Position numbers and translations under genes: made by a program. Below the pieces are notes generated by a model. The model searched no databases, was not told where the DNA came from, and was given only the letters and a program-made list of their open reading frames with translations. From the NCBI GenBank assembly GCA_963662655.2, contig CAXXTU010000002.1, forward strand, positions 1,568,001-1,632,000: DNA of 64,000 bases, read 5' to 3'. This document shows positions 40,446-50,314 of the stretch, piece by piece (within the stretch, counting starts at the first letter, position 1; each line of letters begins with the position of its first letter). The stretch comes from Candidatus Cloacimonadales bacterium. GTDB lineage: Bacteria > Cloacimonadota > Cloacimonadia > Cloacimonadales > JAIOQZ01.

Positions 40446-41177
40446 ATGAAGCACACATTGTATCTATTCACATTATCACTTCTCTCATTCTCGTTTCTCG
40501 CCGGAGAAACGACAGATCGGGATTCGACCAAATCAAGTAACTTCCTGCAAAGCTACGAGGCAACGTACATCATTCCGCTGGCTCTGATTGGCTATGGATT
40601 TATCGCTGTCGAGAGTGAGCAACTGAAGTTTTACAACTACGAGACACGTGAAGAGTTGCAGGAGAACATCGATAGAAAGTTCACCATCGACGATGTATCG
40701 CAGTACGTACCCTTTCTCTCGGTCTACGCGCTGAACGCAATAGGAATCGAGGGGAAAAACCGCTTCAAGAAACGAACCTGCGTCCTCGGCACAGCCTACG
40801 CCATGATGGGCGCAACCGTCCTCAGTCTCAAGAAAATGACCAGCGTCAAGCGGCCCGACGGCTCCTCGCGAAATTCATTTCCATCAGGACACACGGCAAC
40901 CGCTTTCATGGGGGCGGAGTTCGTCTATCAGGAGTACAAAGACGAATCCATCTGGTACGGTGTCTCCGCCTACTTGATTGCTGCGGGAACCGGATTCTTC
41001 AGAATGTACAACAACCGTCATTGGCTTTCGGATGTCTCTGCGGGGGCCGGTATCGGTATGATCTGCACCAAGCTCGCTTACTTGATACACGATGAGATGA
41101 AACTCAGCTCGTACTGCATGGTTGTGCCATACTATGATGCCCGGCACCTGGGCTTCGCGTTCAATATCGGGTATTGA
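40446..41177 (+). CDS. PAP2 family phosphatase
   Basis: K...RP, SFPSGHTA, R.YNNRHW.SDV.AG motifs. Confidence 0.9.
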   Translation: MKHTLYLFTLSLLSFSFLAGETTDRDSTKSSNFLQSYEATYIIPLALIGYGFIAVESEQLKFYNYETREELQENIDRKFTIDDVSQYVPFLSVYALNAIGIEGKNRFKKRTCVLGTAYAMMGATVLSLKKMTSVKRPDGSSRNSFPSGHTATAFMGAEFVYQEYKDESIWYGVSAYLIAAGTGFFRMYNNRHWLSDVSAGAGIGMICTKLAYLIHDEMKLSSYCMVVPYYDARHLGFAFNIGY

Positions 41178-41184
41178 CTTTCTG

Positions 41185-41213
41185 CCTGGGTACGCGGACG
41201 TCCAAGTCTGCAT
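41185..41213 (+). repeat. REP-like palindrome, left inverted copy
   Basis: CCTGGGTACGCGGACGTCCAAGTCTGCAT; 25/29 identical to the reverse complement of 41979-42007. Confidence 0.75.
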
Positions 41214-41243
41214 CACTCGGATCGCCAAGCCTTTGTTTGATAA

Positions 41244-41873
41244 TCACTTATTGCTATTACTTTTGCTCTTCTTTGTTTCTGCGGTGTTAGGGAGGGTGAT
41301 TTGCTGAGAGATGTTGAGTTTGCTGATGGTATCGATTATAGTCTTTATATCTTTCTCGATGCTCTTTACTTTAGTAAATACATCGTCTTCTAGCTTTGGA
41401 TGGCGGACTTGATAAACTTGAGTCGCATCTTTGAATGCACCAGATTGTTTGTTAGAACCAGGATTCACTACAGCAATAATAATTGCTTCAAGTTGAGTAA
41501 GGGCTAGATGTGCATCTACATTGTCAATTTCATCCTCATTGGACTTACGCCCAAACCATGAGAATGAGTCCCAGCTATTCGCTAACGGTCCTGTTTTATG
41601 TGATCTCAGTCTCTTAAATATTGTTTGCTTTGTTTTCTTTCCGTTCCACTCTTTTACACCAGCTTGTCCTGCATAAATCAGTTCTCCATCCCGGAATAGA
41701 CAATAGACTCCGATATAATCTCCAAAATTTTCAGGAGTATTCTGCTCATTAATTCTTGGAGCGCCTGGGGTATCGAGTACTGCGCTGGTTTTTCCTAACA
41801 TTGCACCTGAATTTTTCTGCCGTCCCCAGAAAACATCTTTCTCTGACCAGAATAGCCCATAATGTGTAATCAT
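41244..41873 (-). CDS. GIY-YIG-like nuclease
   Basis: GVYCL...LIYAGQAG...IFKRLRSH...LEA.II...N pattern; AT-rich; AAGGAG RBS. Confidence 0.7.
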   Translation of the reverse strand: MITHYGLFWSEKDVFWGRQKNSGAMLGKTSAVLDTPGAPRINEQNTPENFGDYIGVYCLFRDGELIYAGQAGVKEWNGKKTKQTIFKRLRSHKTGPLANSWDSFSWFGRKSNEDEIDNVDAHLALTQLEAIIIAVVNPGSNKQSGAFKDATQVYQVRHPKLEDDVFTKVKSIEKDIKTIIDTISKLNISQQITLPNTAETKKSKSNSNK

Positions 41874-41978
41874 GATGTGCTCCTTTTAGTTTGATAAATG
41901 TATATGTGAATGAATTACCATGATTGTCAATCGAAATATAATTCTATTCATTGAAGCAAACATAGCGAGGCATTGAAA

Positions 41979-42007
41979 ATGCGGACGAGGACGTCCGCGT
42001 TCCCAGG
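41979..42007 (-). repeat. REP-like palindrome, right inverted copy
   Basis: Minus strand CCTGGGAAC-GCGGACG-TCCT-CGTCCGC-AT with a perfect 7-bp internal stem. Confidence 0.75.
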
Positions 42008-42014
42008 GGGATAG

Positions 42015-42047
42015 AAAAAGCCCCCGCTTCGTTTGAAGAGGGGGCTT
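42015..42047 (-). terminator. intrinsic terminator of rnf operon
   Basis: aagccccc-g-cttc/gaag-a-gggggctt stem with an A run on its left. Confidence 0.55.
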
Positions 42048-42062
42048 GTGGGAGGTTTATCC

Positions 42063-42956
42063 TTAAGCTTCTTGTTTCTGTTTTTCTTCCAGCGCTTTCT
42101 TGGCTGCCTCTGCCTTGGCCTTGGCCGCAGCTTTCTTCTCGGCACGGATTTCCTTGAGCGGATCGAAGATCGCCCCCGTCGGGCAAACATCCGCGCACAT
42201 ACCGCAGTTGATACACTTGTCGTAGTCGATAACGGCCACATTGTCCACGATGGTAATCGCTTCCTTCGGGCACTTCTTCACGCAGAGCGAACAGCCGATA
42301 CATGCGGTGCCGTTACCGCAGTTCTTCTTCGCCACCGCGCCTTTATCGTGCGACATACACAGCACGTGAACACGCTTCTTCTTGTCGACCAGCTCGATCA
42401 GGTTGCGCGGGCAAGCTTTGACGCAAGCGCCGCAGCCGGTACACTTATCCTTGTCGATAACGCGCATTCCGTTCTCGTCCAGTGAGATCGCGTCGAAGAG
42501 ACATGCCTCGATACAATCGTTCTGGAAGACGCAGCCGAAATCGCAAAGATTCGGGCCGTTCGAGAGCGCGATAGCTGCTTTACAGGTCTTGATGCCTTCG
42601 TATTCGTAGCGGAAGAACGTGTTGTTCTTGCCGCCGCTCTGGCAGTGGATCACCGCAATCTTGGGATCGGCAGCGTCGGCTGTCATTCCCATAATCTGAG
42701 CGATTTTCTCCACCACGTCAGCTCCGCCCGGCGCACACCGATTGATCGCGACACCTTCGCTCACGATCGCTTCGGCGTACCCACCGCAGCCGGGAAGGCC
42801 GCAAGCGCCGCAGTTCGCGCCCGGAAGCGCTTCATTGATTTGTTCGATTTTCGGATCCACTTCAACGTGAAACACACGTGAAGCAAACGCCAGGACCAAT
42901 CCGAAGATCAGACCCAGGCCACCGATGATTGCGATTGGAATGAGTATCATTATCAT
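42063..42956 (-). CDS. rnfB: Rnf complex subunit B
   Basis: [21 protein letters not shown], multiple 4Fe-4S motifs. Confidence 0.93.
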   Translation of the reverse strand: MIMILIPIAIIGGLGLIFGLVLAFASRVFHVEVDPKIEQINEALPGANCGACGLPGCGGYAEAIVSEGVAINRCAPGGADVVEKIAQIMGMTADAADPKIAVIHCQSGGKNNTFFRYEYEGIKTCKAAIALSNGPNLCDFGCVFQNDCIEACLFDAISLDENGMRVIDKDKCTGCGACVKACPRNLIELVDKKKRVHVLCMSHDKGAVAKKNCGNGTACIGCSLCVKKCPKEAITIVDNVAVIDYDKCINCGMCADVCPTGAIFDPLKEIRAEKKAAAKAKAEAAKKALEEKQKQEA

Positions 42957-42974
42957 ATCTTCACCTCATTTCCA

Positions 42975-43562
42975 TCAGATTTTGAATCCGGCAAATCCGC
43001 CGAACGCCAGCGCCATACAGCCGGCAACGATCAATGCGATCGGCATTCCCTTCATCGCCACAGGCACTTCCGCCTGCTCCAGGCGTTCGCGAATACCCGC
43101 CATCAGAACCAGCACGAGCGTGAAGCCCACACCCGAGAAGAATCCGTTCATGACGGAACCGATAAATGTATATTCTTCCGTGATATTCAGAATGGACACA
43201 CCCAGCACGGCACAGTTTGTCGTGATGAGCGGAAGGAACACGCCCAGCGATTTGTAAAGCGCCGGCGCGACTTTCTGAATCACCATTTCCACAAACTGAA
43301 CCAGCGCCGCGATCGTGAGGATAAATGCGATGGTCTGCAAATACCCGAGATTGTTCGGCACCAGCAGGTAATACTGAATCAGCCAGGTGATTGTCGATGC
43401 GAGCGTCATGACGAAGATCACCGCCATGCCCATTCCGATCGCCGAATCCAGCTTCTTCGACACGCCGATGTAGGGACAGAGTCCCAAAAAGCGTGCCAGC
43501 ACAAAGTTGCTGACGAAGATCGACATGATCGCCAATGTAAACATACTTCCAATAAATTGCAT
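42975..43562 (-). CDS. rnfA: Rnf complex subunit A
   Basis: [29 protein letters not shown]. Confidence 0.95.
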   Translation of the reverse strand: MQFIGSMFTLAIMSIFVSNFVLARFLGLCPYIGVSKKLDSAIGMGMAVIFVMTLASTITWLIQYYLLVPNNLGYLQTIAFILTIAALVQFVEMVIQKVAPALYKSLGVFLPLITTNCAVLGVSILNITEEYTFIGSVMNGFFSGVGFTLVLVLMAGIRERLEQAEVPVAMKGMPIALIVAGCMALAFGGFAGFKI

Positions 43563-43591
43563 GCGTTACTCCTTGTTTATCCGAAGTTCGC

Positions 43592-44188
43592 TCAATGCTT
43601 CTTCTTGAAGATTTCCATCAAGCCCATCAAAAGACCGAGCGTGAGGAATGCACCCGGAGCCAGAATCGCGGCAAGCATCGGCAGGCTGCGATAAGCTTCG
43701 GTAAGAACGTTCATACCGAGGAATTGGCCGGCGCCAAGGACTTCGCGGATTCCACCCAGCACCACAAGCGCCAGGGTGAATCCCAATCCCATGCCGATAC
43801 CGTCGAACATCGATTTGAGGACATTGTTCTTACTTGCGAACGCCTCCGCGCGACCGAGGATGATACAGTTCACCACAATCAGCGGAATGAACAGCCCCAA
43901 GCTCTTGTGCAGAGCCGGAACATACGCGTGCATCGCCATATCGACGATGGTCACGAAGGACGCGATCACCACGATGTAACAGGGGATACGAATCTTGCTC
44001 GGAATCAGATTCTTGATCAACGATATGATAATGTTCGAACAAACAAGCACGAACGTCGCCGCCAGCCCCATGCCAATCGCGTTGGCCACCGAGGTGGTAA
44101 CGGCGAGGGTCGGGCACATGCCAAGCGCCATCACGAATACGGGGTTTTCCTTGATGAAACCTTTTGTCATTTCTTTCATCGCGCTCAT
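43592..44188 (-). CDS. rnfE: Rnf complex subunit E
   Basis: ENPVF..LGMCPTLAVT, PLIVVNCIILGRAEAFA. Confidence 0.95.
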   Translation of the reverse strand: MSAMKEMTKGFIKENPVFVMALGMCPTLAVTTSVANAIGMGLAATFVLVCSNIIISLIKNLIPSKIRIPCYIVVIASFVTIVDMAMHAYVPALHKSLGLFIPLIVVNCIILGRAEAFASKNNVLKSMFDGIGMGLGFTLALVVLGGIREVLGAGQFLGMNVLTEAYRSLPMLAAILAPGAFLTLGLLMGLMEIFKKKH

Positions 44189-44796
44189 GATTGTGCTCCT
44201 TCGGTAGCGGTTTTCAGGTACTCGATACCCAGCTTGATGGAGTTTGTCACTGCGCGGGACGTGATGGTCGCACCGGTGATACTGGTCACCTTGCCGCCAT
44301 CTTTATCTACCGCGAGGGTCGCAGGGGTCTGCCCCGCGAACTGCGACATGAAGTTATCCGAGGTACAGTTTGCACCAAGACCTGGAGTCTCCGACTGATA
44401 GGTGATCTTGATCTTATTGACCTCGAAATCACCCGCCGGATTGAGCTTCACGCCCACCATGGTCTGCACGGTACTGCTGTAGCCCTTTCCAAAGGCTTTG
44501 AATACGTAACCGACGGCGTTGCCTTCGGCGTCCATCGCCTTGTAATAATAGAACATGCCGCCTGCTCCACCCGCGCTCAGCTTGAGCGGGTCTTCCTCCA
44601 CCGCAACTTCCACTGCGAGGGAGTCCAGCACGAACTGGCTGGCGTCCGGCAATACTTCCATGCGCGCGCTGCTCTCTTCGAGCTCCGCGTTTTTCTGTAT
44701 GATCGGCTCGGTCTTGCCGTTGACAAACGCCAGAATACCGCTGGCGATGCCGGAGATGACCAGGAGCACGAGTCCGAGTTTTATGTAGTACATCAT
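44185..44796 (-). CDS. rnfG: Rnf complex subunit G
   Basis: Start MMYYIK; KGYS, ETPGLG, ITGATITSRAV FMN-attachment motif. Confidence 0.9.
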   Translation of the reverse strand: MMYYIKLGLVLLVISGIASGILAFVNGKTEPIIQKNAELEESSARMEVLPDASQFVLDSLAVEVAVEEDPLKLSAGGAGGMFYYYKAMDAEGNAVGYVFKAFGKGYSSTVQTMVGVKLNPAGDFEVNKIKITYQSETPGLGANCTSDNFMSQFAGQTPATLAVDKDGGKVTSITGATITSRAVTNSIKLGIEYLKTATEGAQS

Positions 44797-45872
44797 TTTT
44801 TCACCTCCCCGAACGCTTTGGGAACGGTGTAGCGATCGATGAGCGGCACCGCGATGTTCATCAGCAGGATGGAGTAGGAAACACCTTCGGGGTAGCCGCC
44901 GACAAGGCGAATCACCACCGTCAGCACGCCGCAGCCGATACCGAAGATCAGTCGACCGCGCTTGGTTACCGGCGATGTCACCATGTCCGTGGCCATGAAG
45001 AACGCGCCCAGCATCAAACCACCGGAGAGGACGTGGAAAACGCCCAGGGTGTAAGGTCCGCTGGCGAATCCGTTCAGGCCGCCGAAAAGGTAGCTGAGAA
45101 CAAAGACTGTTCCGATATACGATACCGGAATGTGCCATTCGATGATATGTTTGTAAACCAGATAAGCCGCACCGATCAGAAGCGCTGCAGCAGATACTTC
45201 ACCGATCACACCGCCGATGTTGCCCCAGAATAGGTTGGAGATGGTCTCCCAGCGGGTGAGTTCGAACATCACCTTCTCGGCGATGTCGGGGCTGACCTGC
45301 GACGCGTCGCGAAGGGCCTTGATCGCTGTGAGCGGCGTCGCGCCCGTGATAGAATCGAGGTTGCCCAGGGAAGCCAGGTTTCGCAGGCTTTCCCTGCCCA
45401 ATCCACTGATGGACGGGCCGGCGATTCCGCGAATCGTGGGTGTGAATTGTGCAGTTGTAAGCGTTGGCCAGGATGCCACCAAAAATGCCCTTGCCAGAAG
45501 CGCGGGGTTGAAAGGATTGTGTCCCAGGCCACCGAATAATTGCTTGCCGATCGCGATCGCGAACACGGACCCGACTACCGGCAACCACCATGGGGAGGCA
45601 ACGTTCAGGTTGAACGAGACCAGCATGCCGGTCACCACGGCGCTACCGTCGGCAATGGATACTTCCTGCTTGCGCAGCTTCTGGATCGCGGCCTCCGTCA
45701 CCACCGCGGCGATCACGCCGTAAACGGTGAGAAGAAGCGCTTGGATCCCGAAGAAATACACACTGGCTATCAGTGCCGGTACCAGCGCGATGACAACTTT
45801 CCACATCACCGAACTGACCGAAATCCGATCGTGAAGATGAGGGGACGCCGATACTGCGTATGTGTTATTCAT
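44793..45872 (-). CDS. rnfD: Rnf complex subunit D
   Basis: SPH, DGSAVVTG, FGGLGHNPFNPA, TGATPL, GEVS, FFMATD. Confidence 0.95.
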   Translation of the reverse strand: MNNTYAVSASPHLHDRISVSSVMWKVVIALVPALIASVYFFGIQALLLTVYGVIAAVVTEAAIQKLRKQEVSIADGSAVVTGMLVSFNLNVASPWWLPVVGSVFAIAIGKQLFGGLGHNPFNPALLARAFLVASWPTLTTAQFTPTIRGIAGPSISGLGRESLRNLASLGNLDSITGATPLTAIKALRDASQVSPDIAEKVMFELTRWETISNLFWGNIGGVIGEVSAAALLIGAAYLVYKHIIEWHIPVSYIGTVFVLSYLFGGLNGFASGPYTLGVFHVLSGGLMLGAFFMATDMVTSPVTKRGRLIFGIGCGVLTVVIRLVGGYPEGVSYSILLMNIAVPLIDRYTVPKAFGEVKK

Positions 45873-45888
45873 AGTTCCTCCAGCGTCT

Positions 45889-47214
45889 CTACTTTTTCGC
45901 TTTTCTAAGTTCAAAGATTTTCGCCTTGCCGATGTCGATCCACTGGATCAACTTGATGTGCGAGGGACATACGAACGCGCAACTGCCGCATTTCATACAG
46001 TCCATCACGCCGGCTTTCTCGGCGGTTTCCCAGTCAGAATATTTTACACTTCGTGCAATCATGCTCGGGATCAGGTTCAGGGGACAGATATCCACGCAGC
46101 GTCCGCAACGCAGACAGGTGTGCTCCGCATCCTTCTTCGCTTCTTTTTGATCGAACAGAAGCAAACCTGAGCTGCCCTTGCCCATGGGAGATTCCAGCGT
46201 TGGAATCGAGATTCCCATCATCGGGCCGCCCGAGATGATCTTTCCTATATCTTCCTTGACCCCACCGGCGAAATCGAGGAGCTCCTGGAACTGCGTTCCG
46301 ATGCGAGCCTTGATGTTCTTGGGATTCTGGACGATACGCCCGGAAACGGTGATAATTCTCTCGATCAGCGGTCTTTTATAGCGAACCGCTTCGTAGGCCG
46401 CAATGGCGGTTCCCACATTCTGAACCACCACGCCTACTGCCATCGGCAAGCCACCCTTGTTCGGCACTTTCCGCTTCGTGGCCGCGTAGATCAGTTGCTT
46501 TTCCGCGCCTTGCGGGTACTTGATTTTGAGGCCCTCCACCTTGATGTTGGATTCACCCTTCACCGCGTCTCGCATGATCTTGATCGCGTCGGGTTTGTTG
46601 GCCTCGATCCCGATGATACCCTGCTTCGCGTTCACAACCTTCATGAACAGCTTCAGTCCGGCAACGATGTCCGAGGGGCGTTCGAGCATCAGGCGGTAGT
46701 CGGCTGTCAGATAAGGTTCGCATTCCACACCGTTGATCAGAACGGTGTCGATCGGGTTGTCCTTCGGGGGGGATAGTTTGACGTGCGTCGGGAAGCCAGC
46801 GCCACCCATACCGCAGATACCTGCGTCGGCGATGCGCTGCTTGATTTCTTCCGGGGGAAGTGACGCGTAGTTCTGATCGTCGATCAGGTCGATCCACTTC
46901 TCTTCATCGCTACCGGTTATCTCGATGGCCATTTGCATCGTGCCGGTGGGATGCGGGAATTTTGCGATTTTCGTTACCTTGCCAGTGATACTGGCGTGCA
47001 TGGGAATCGATACGAATCCGCCCGGCTCTGCGATCTTCTGGCCAGTGACAACCTCGTCACCAACATTCACGATCGGCTTTGCCGGCGCTCCGATATGCTG
47101 GGAAAGCGGAATAACCACCTTCTTCGGGATCGGAAGCTCCTCGATGGATGCGCCTTTCGAATATTCCTTGCTGTCGTGCGGATGGACTCCGCCCGGAAAC
47201 GTTTTCAGTCCCAT
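45889..47214 (-). CDS. rnfC: Rnf complex subunit C
   Basis: GGVHP, QHIGAP, GMGGAGFPTHVK, ECEPYLTAD, YPQGAEK, GGPMMG, two CxxCxxCxxxCP. Confidence 0.95.
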   Translation of the reverse strand: MGLKTFPGGVHPHDSKEYSKGASIEELPIPKKVVIPLSQHIGAPAKPIVNVGDEVVTGQKIAEPGGFVSIPMHASITGKVTKIAKFPHPTGTMQMAIEITGSDEEKWIDLIDDQNYASLPPEEIKQRIADAGICGMGGAGFPTHVKLSPPKDNPIDTVLINGVECEPYLTADYRLMLERPSDIVAGLKLFMKVVNAKQGIIGIEANKPDAIKIMRDAVKGESNIKVEGLKIKYPQGAEKQLIYAATKRKVPNKGGLPMAVGVVVQNVGTAIAAYEAVRYKRPLIERIITVSGRIVQNPKNIKARIGTQFQELLDFAGGVKEDIGKIISGGPMMGISIPTLESPMGKGSSGLLLFDQKEAKKDAEHTCLRCGRCVDICPLNLIPSMIARSVKYSDWETAEKAGVMDCMKCGSCAFVCPSHIKLIQWIDIGKAKIFELRKAKK

Positions 47215-47454
47215 ATTTACTCCTGCAGAACGTTTTCCTGAAAGCAGAAACCCGGGTCATGCCCGGTAATACGTTGTATTATAATGTGTTATGCCTGATT
47301 GTGAGATGTGACACATCTCGCGGCACTATAAAGTGTCAGTTATAAGACCCACTTTGATTTGTCAAAGGATTCTTGTTTTTTCAGAGTTTTCTTTGGGATT
47401 GTGCTGTGTCCCGTCCTGAAATAGGTTGACCGTTGGGTCGAAGGAGGCTCAGGT

Positions 47455-47862
47455 ATGGGAGAAAATGTGAAACGACGGGCGAAGCGTTGCGAGGTGAAGG
47501 CGCGTGTTCTGCATCACGTGCTGACGAGCGACTACTGCGTGGCGGAGCTCGCGGAGCAGTACGACATATCCGTTCGCACGCTGTATCGCTGGATCAAAGA
47601 GGACGCCGTGAAGCCGGCGCGACGCAAGGGAGCTCAAAAGCGAGGTCGCATGGCGAAAGAAGATTACAAGGACAAGACAATCGCGGAGCTGGAGAAGAAG
47701 GTGCAGGATTTGCAGGCTGCGTTGAGCGAGAAAGTGCTGGAGAACTGCGCGTTGCAGGCGATCGTGAACGTGACCGAGCGCAAGTACGGCATCAGCGCAA
47801 AAAAAAAGACTGGTTCGCTGTTATCACCGAATGTCGAGCTGTCGCGAAAGAAAGAGAAGTAG
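47455..47862 (+). CDS. IS3 OrfA (HTH plus coiled coil)
   Basis: VAELAEQYDISVRTLYRW HTH; AGGAGG RBS; ends just after an A9G run. Confidence 0.85.
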   Translation: MGENVKRRAKRCEVKARVLHHVLTSDYCVAELAEQYDISVRTLYRWIKEDAVKPARRKGAQKRGRMAKEDYKDKTIAELEKKVQDLQAALSEKVLENCALQAIVNVTERKYGISAKKKTGSLLSPNVELSRKKEK

Positions 47863-48680
47863 CCGCGAACATGCAGGTGATTTGCGGCTTGTTCGGTCGC
47901 AGCAAGCAGAGCTACTACCAGCACAGGAAGCGGCTCCATCGGCTCCAGGCGGAGGTGGAGGAGATCGTATCCGCCGTGCGCGAGATTCGCGTGAAACAGC
48001 CACGCGTCGGGGCGCGGAAGCTGCAATACATGCTGAAGGCGCACGGGCTCGAGGTTGGTCGCGACCGGCTGTTCGGCATCCTGCGCGACTACGGGCTGCT
48101 GTCGACGGCGTACCGCTCATACCTCCGCACGAGCCTGGGCAGCCGCAGTCGACACCCGAACCTGGTGAAGGACATCATCGCTCGCCGCGTCGGCCAGATC
48201 ATCGCGAGCGACATCACCTACATCCGGTTGCAACGCGGATTCGCCTACCTTTCGCTGACCTCGGATCAGTACTCGGACGCGATCCTGGGATATTCGCTGC
48301 AGCCCGACCTGCGCACGCATGGTCCAGCGCTCTCTCTGAAACGGGCGATGAGGTCGTTGCGCAATGCCGGAGCCGTGGATATCAAAGGCTGCATCCACCA
48401 CTTCGATCATGGTACGCAATTCACCAGCGCCTGCTTCCAGAACGCGCTGCGACGCTACTGCTATCGCACCAGCATGACCGGTCCGGGCAAGTGCTACGAC
48501 AACGCCAAGGCGGAGCGCATCAACGGGATTCTGAAGCACGAGTTGGGGCTGGAACGGAGATTCAGGGACTTCGACGACGCGCTGAAGTACGTAGAGGAAG
48601 CAGTTCGGATCTACAACGAAGAACGGCTCATCATCACGCAGGGCTACCGCACACCGAACGAGATATTGAACGCAGCGTAG
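47799..48680 (+). CDS. IS3 OrfB DDE transposase, -1 frame (OrfAB fusion by frameshift; own ATG at 47871)
   Basis: SDITYI, HHFDHGTQF, DNAKAERINGILK.E, YNEER motifs. Confidence 0.88.
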   Translation, partial: KKKDWFAVITECRAVAKEREVAANMQVICGLFGRSKQSYYQHRKRLHRLQAEVEEIVSAVREIRVKQPRVGARKLQYMLKAHGLEVGRDRLFGILRDYGLLSTAYRSYLRTSLGSRSRHPNLVKDIIARRVGQIIASDITYIRLQRGFAYLSLTSDQYSDAILGYSLQPDLRTHGPALSLKRAMRSLRNAGAVDIKGCIHHFDHGTQFTSACFQNALRRYCYRTSMTGPGKCYDNAKAERINGILKHELGLERRFRDFDDALKYVEEAVRIYNEERLIITQGYRTPNEILNAA

Positions 48681-48726
48681 GAAGCAATCGAAATGAAATC
48701 AAACACGAAAAAGCTGGTCAACTATT

Positions 48727-49938
48727 TTAGGACGGGACATCCTGGAACGTCCTGAAAAACCGCTCGACCACCTTGGCGCGCGCGTTGTAAGCCTTGGCAA
48801 ACGCCACGCCGATGCCGAGTCGCGGGAAGATACCCTCCAACTCCTTGCTGAGGTCGTGCTTCTCCCAATGCTTGTTGAACAGTTTGCTCCGGAACGCTTT
48901 GCCATTATCGAGATACACGTACTTCGGCTTGCCGCCCCAGTGCATGATCGAGTTGCGTAACGCGAGCAACACATGCTGAGAATCTTCCGAGACCGCCAAC
49001 GATGCTCCCACCGGGTAACGGGAAGCCCAGTCGAAGAACATGATCATCGTCATGCGCCTGGGCTTTCCGGTAGCCGGATCGATGATGTCGAAAGCAAGTT
49101 TATGCCCGTCGGCAACCCAGACGTCGCCGACCTCGAGTTCGTCACTGCGAAGGATGCTGAGGATGCCGGTCTCCTTCAGCGACTTCTTGCCGTTACGAAG
49201 TAAGTTCCACTCAGGCTTGTGGCTGTCGCGCCACTCCTCACACCAGCGGCGTAGCGTCCTTTCGCTCGATGGTGACTCCAGCTTCTGCAAGGTTTCCATC
49301 TGCTTCAGCTTGCGGATGGCCGACCCGATGGATATGCGATTGGGGTTGAGCAGCAGGTGCAGCAGGAAGTTCTGTTCGGTCTCTGTCGCCTTACGTGTGG
49401 CTTCCGCGACCGTGTACTTGCGGATGAGCGACCTGGCGTCTCGTCCCGCTTTGACGTAGTTCCGCACCCAACGACGCAATGTCCGCTCGCCGCGATGTCC
49501 CTCGACCACGTACAGCTCCGGCATGAAGCGTCTGTCGTTGTAAGCTTCGACGATTGTCTTCCACGCATCCGTCTTGGAGTCAGCCCGACTCAGGACTTCA
49601 AGAATGGCGTCGCAGAGCTGCGCACGCAGATGCGCCTGCTCCTGAAAATGCATGGGTTCGGTGTGCCTGGGGCGCAGGTCGGGTATCGTCTCGTCCCGTA
49701 GAGCTGGTACCGAAATCGAGACTGACTCTTCTTGTTCGTCCTCTTCTGAATCGTGTGCTGTTTCTGGCTCTGTCGGCGTCTCAGTCCTCTCATCTGGGAC
49801 AGCATACAGCTTGCGACGCCCTCCCTGCGGCAAGGTCTCGTAGCGTGACTCCCATCCCTTCTCCCGCGCTATCTTGACTGCTGTCGGACGTGATACGTTC
49901 AACATGTCCTGCAATTCCGAGCATGTCATCCAATTCAT
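48727..49938 (-). pseudogene. Mu-like (MuA) DDE transposase, C-terminally truncated by IS3
   Basis: N-terminal Mu DNA-binding-like domain (AREKGW..GGRRKLY), VWVADGH, YLDNGKAF, AKVVERFF; the last codons and stop lie inside the IS3 IRR. Confidence 0.85.
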
Positions 49939-50171
49939 CCGATCCTCCTTCTCGCGTCTCTCGCATTTATGCTAAATGCTTCTCCTGTAATCTGACTCAA
50001 TTCCGGTTCGAGAAGTTCGAGGAATGCGTCAGCTTTTCGCATATTCTTCTCGCCCCTCATATAATATTCAAGCATCCGCATCGAAATTCCTATGGTTTCA
50101 GAAATCTCGGAAATGCTGATTCCTTTATGCTTTATGGCAGCCTTGAATTCGTTTTGCGTGTACTTTTTCAA
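49935..50171 (-). CDS. Ner/Cro-like small HTH protein
   Basis: ISISEISETIGISMRMLEYYMRG HTH; coupled (ATGA) to the transposase. Confidence 0.7.
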   Translation of the reverse strand: MKKYTQNEFKAAIKHKGISISEISETIGISMRMLEYYMRGEKNMRKADAFLELLEPELSQITGEAFSINARDARRRIG

Positions 50172-50314
50172 TCCCTTCTCCCTTCCGCTGAAAATTTTCC
50201 ATTGACACCGGTTCGTGTTTGTGCAATTTCGAGTTCATGCATCAATAAAGAAGAATTGCGTGCGAAATGTCAACAGATTTCTCGCATAAACTGTAAGTCA
50301 TTGCAGGAGAAAGC

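Larger units (their letters stand above)
47407..48739 (+). mobile_element. IS3-family insertion sequence (1333 bp)
   Basis: IRL TGTCCCGTCCTGAAATAGGTTGACC (47407-47431) and IRR GGTCAACTATTTTAGGACGGGACA (48716-48739); TG..CA ends; orfA/orfB. Confidence 0.92.

Noticed and set aside
44185..45138. Track ORF with long N-terminal extension on rnfG
   Set aside because: The extension overlaps rnfD; the real start is at 44796 after a GAGGTG RBS.
47433..47798. 5' part of the 415-aa IS ORF as real coding sequence
   Set aside because: It is the open -1 frame under orfA; OrfB homology begins after the A9G slippery site.
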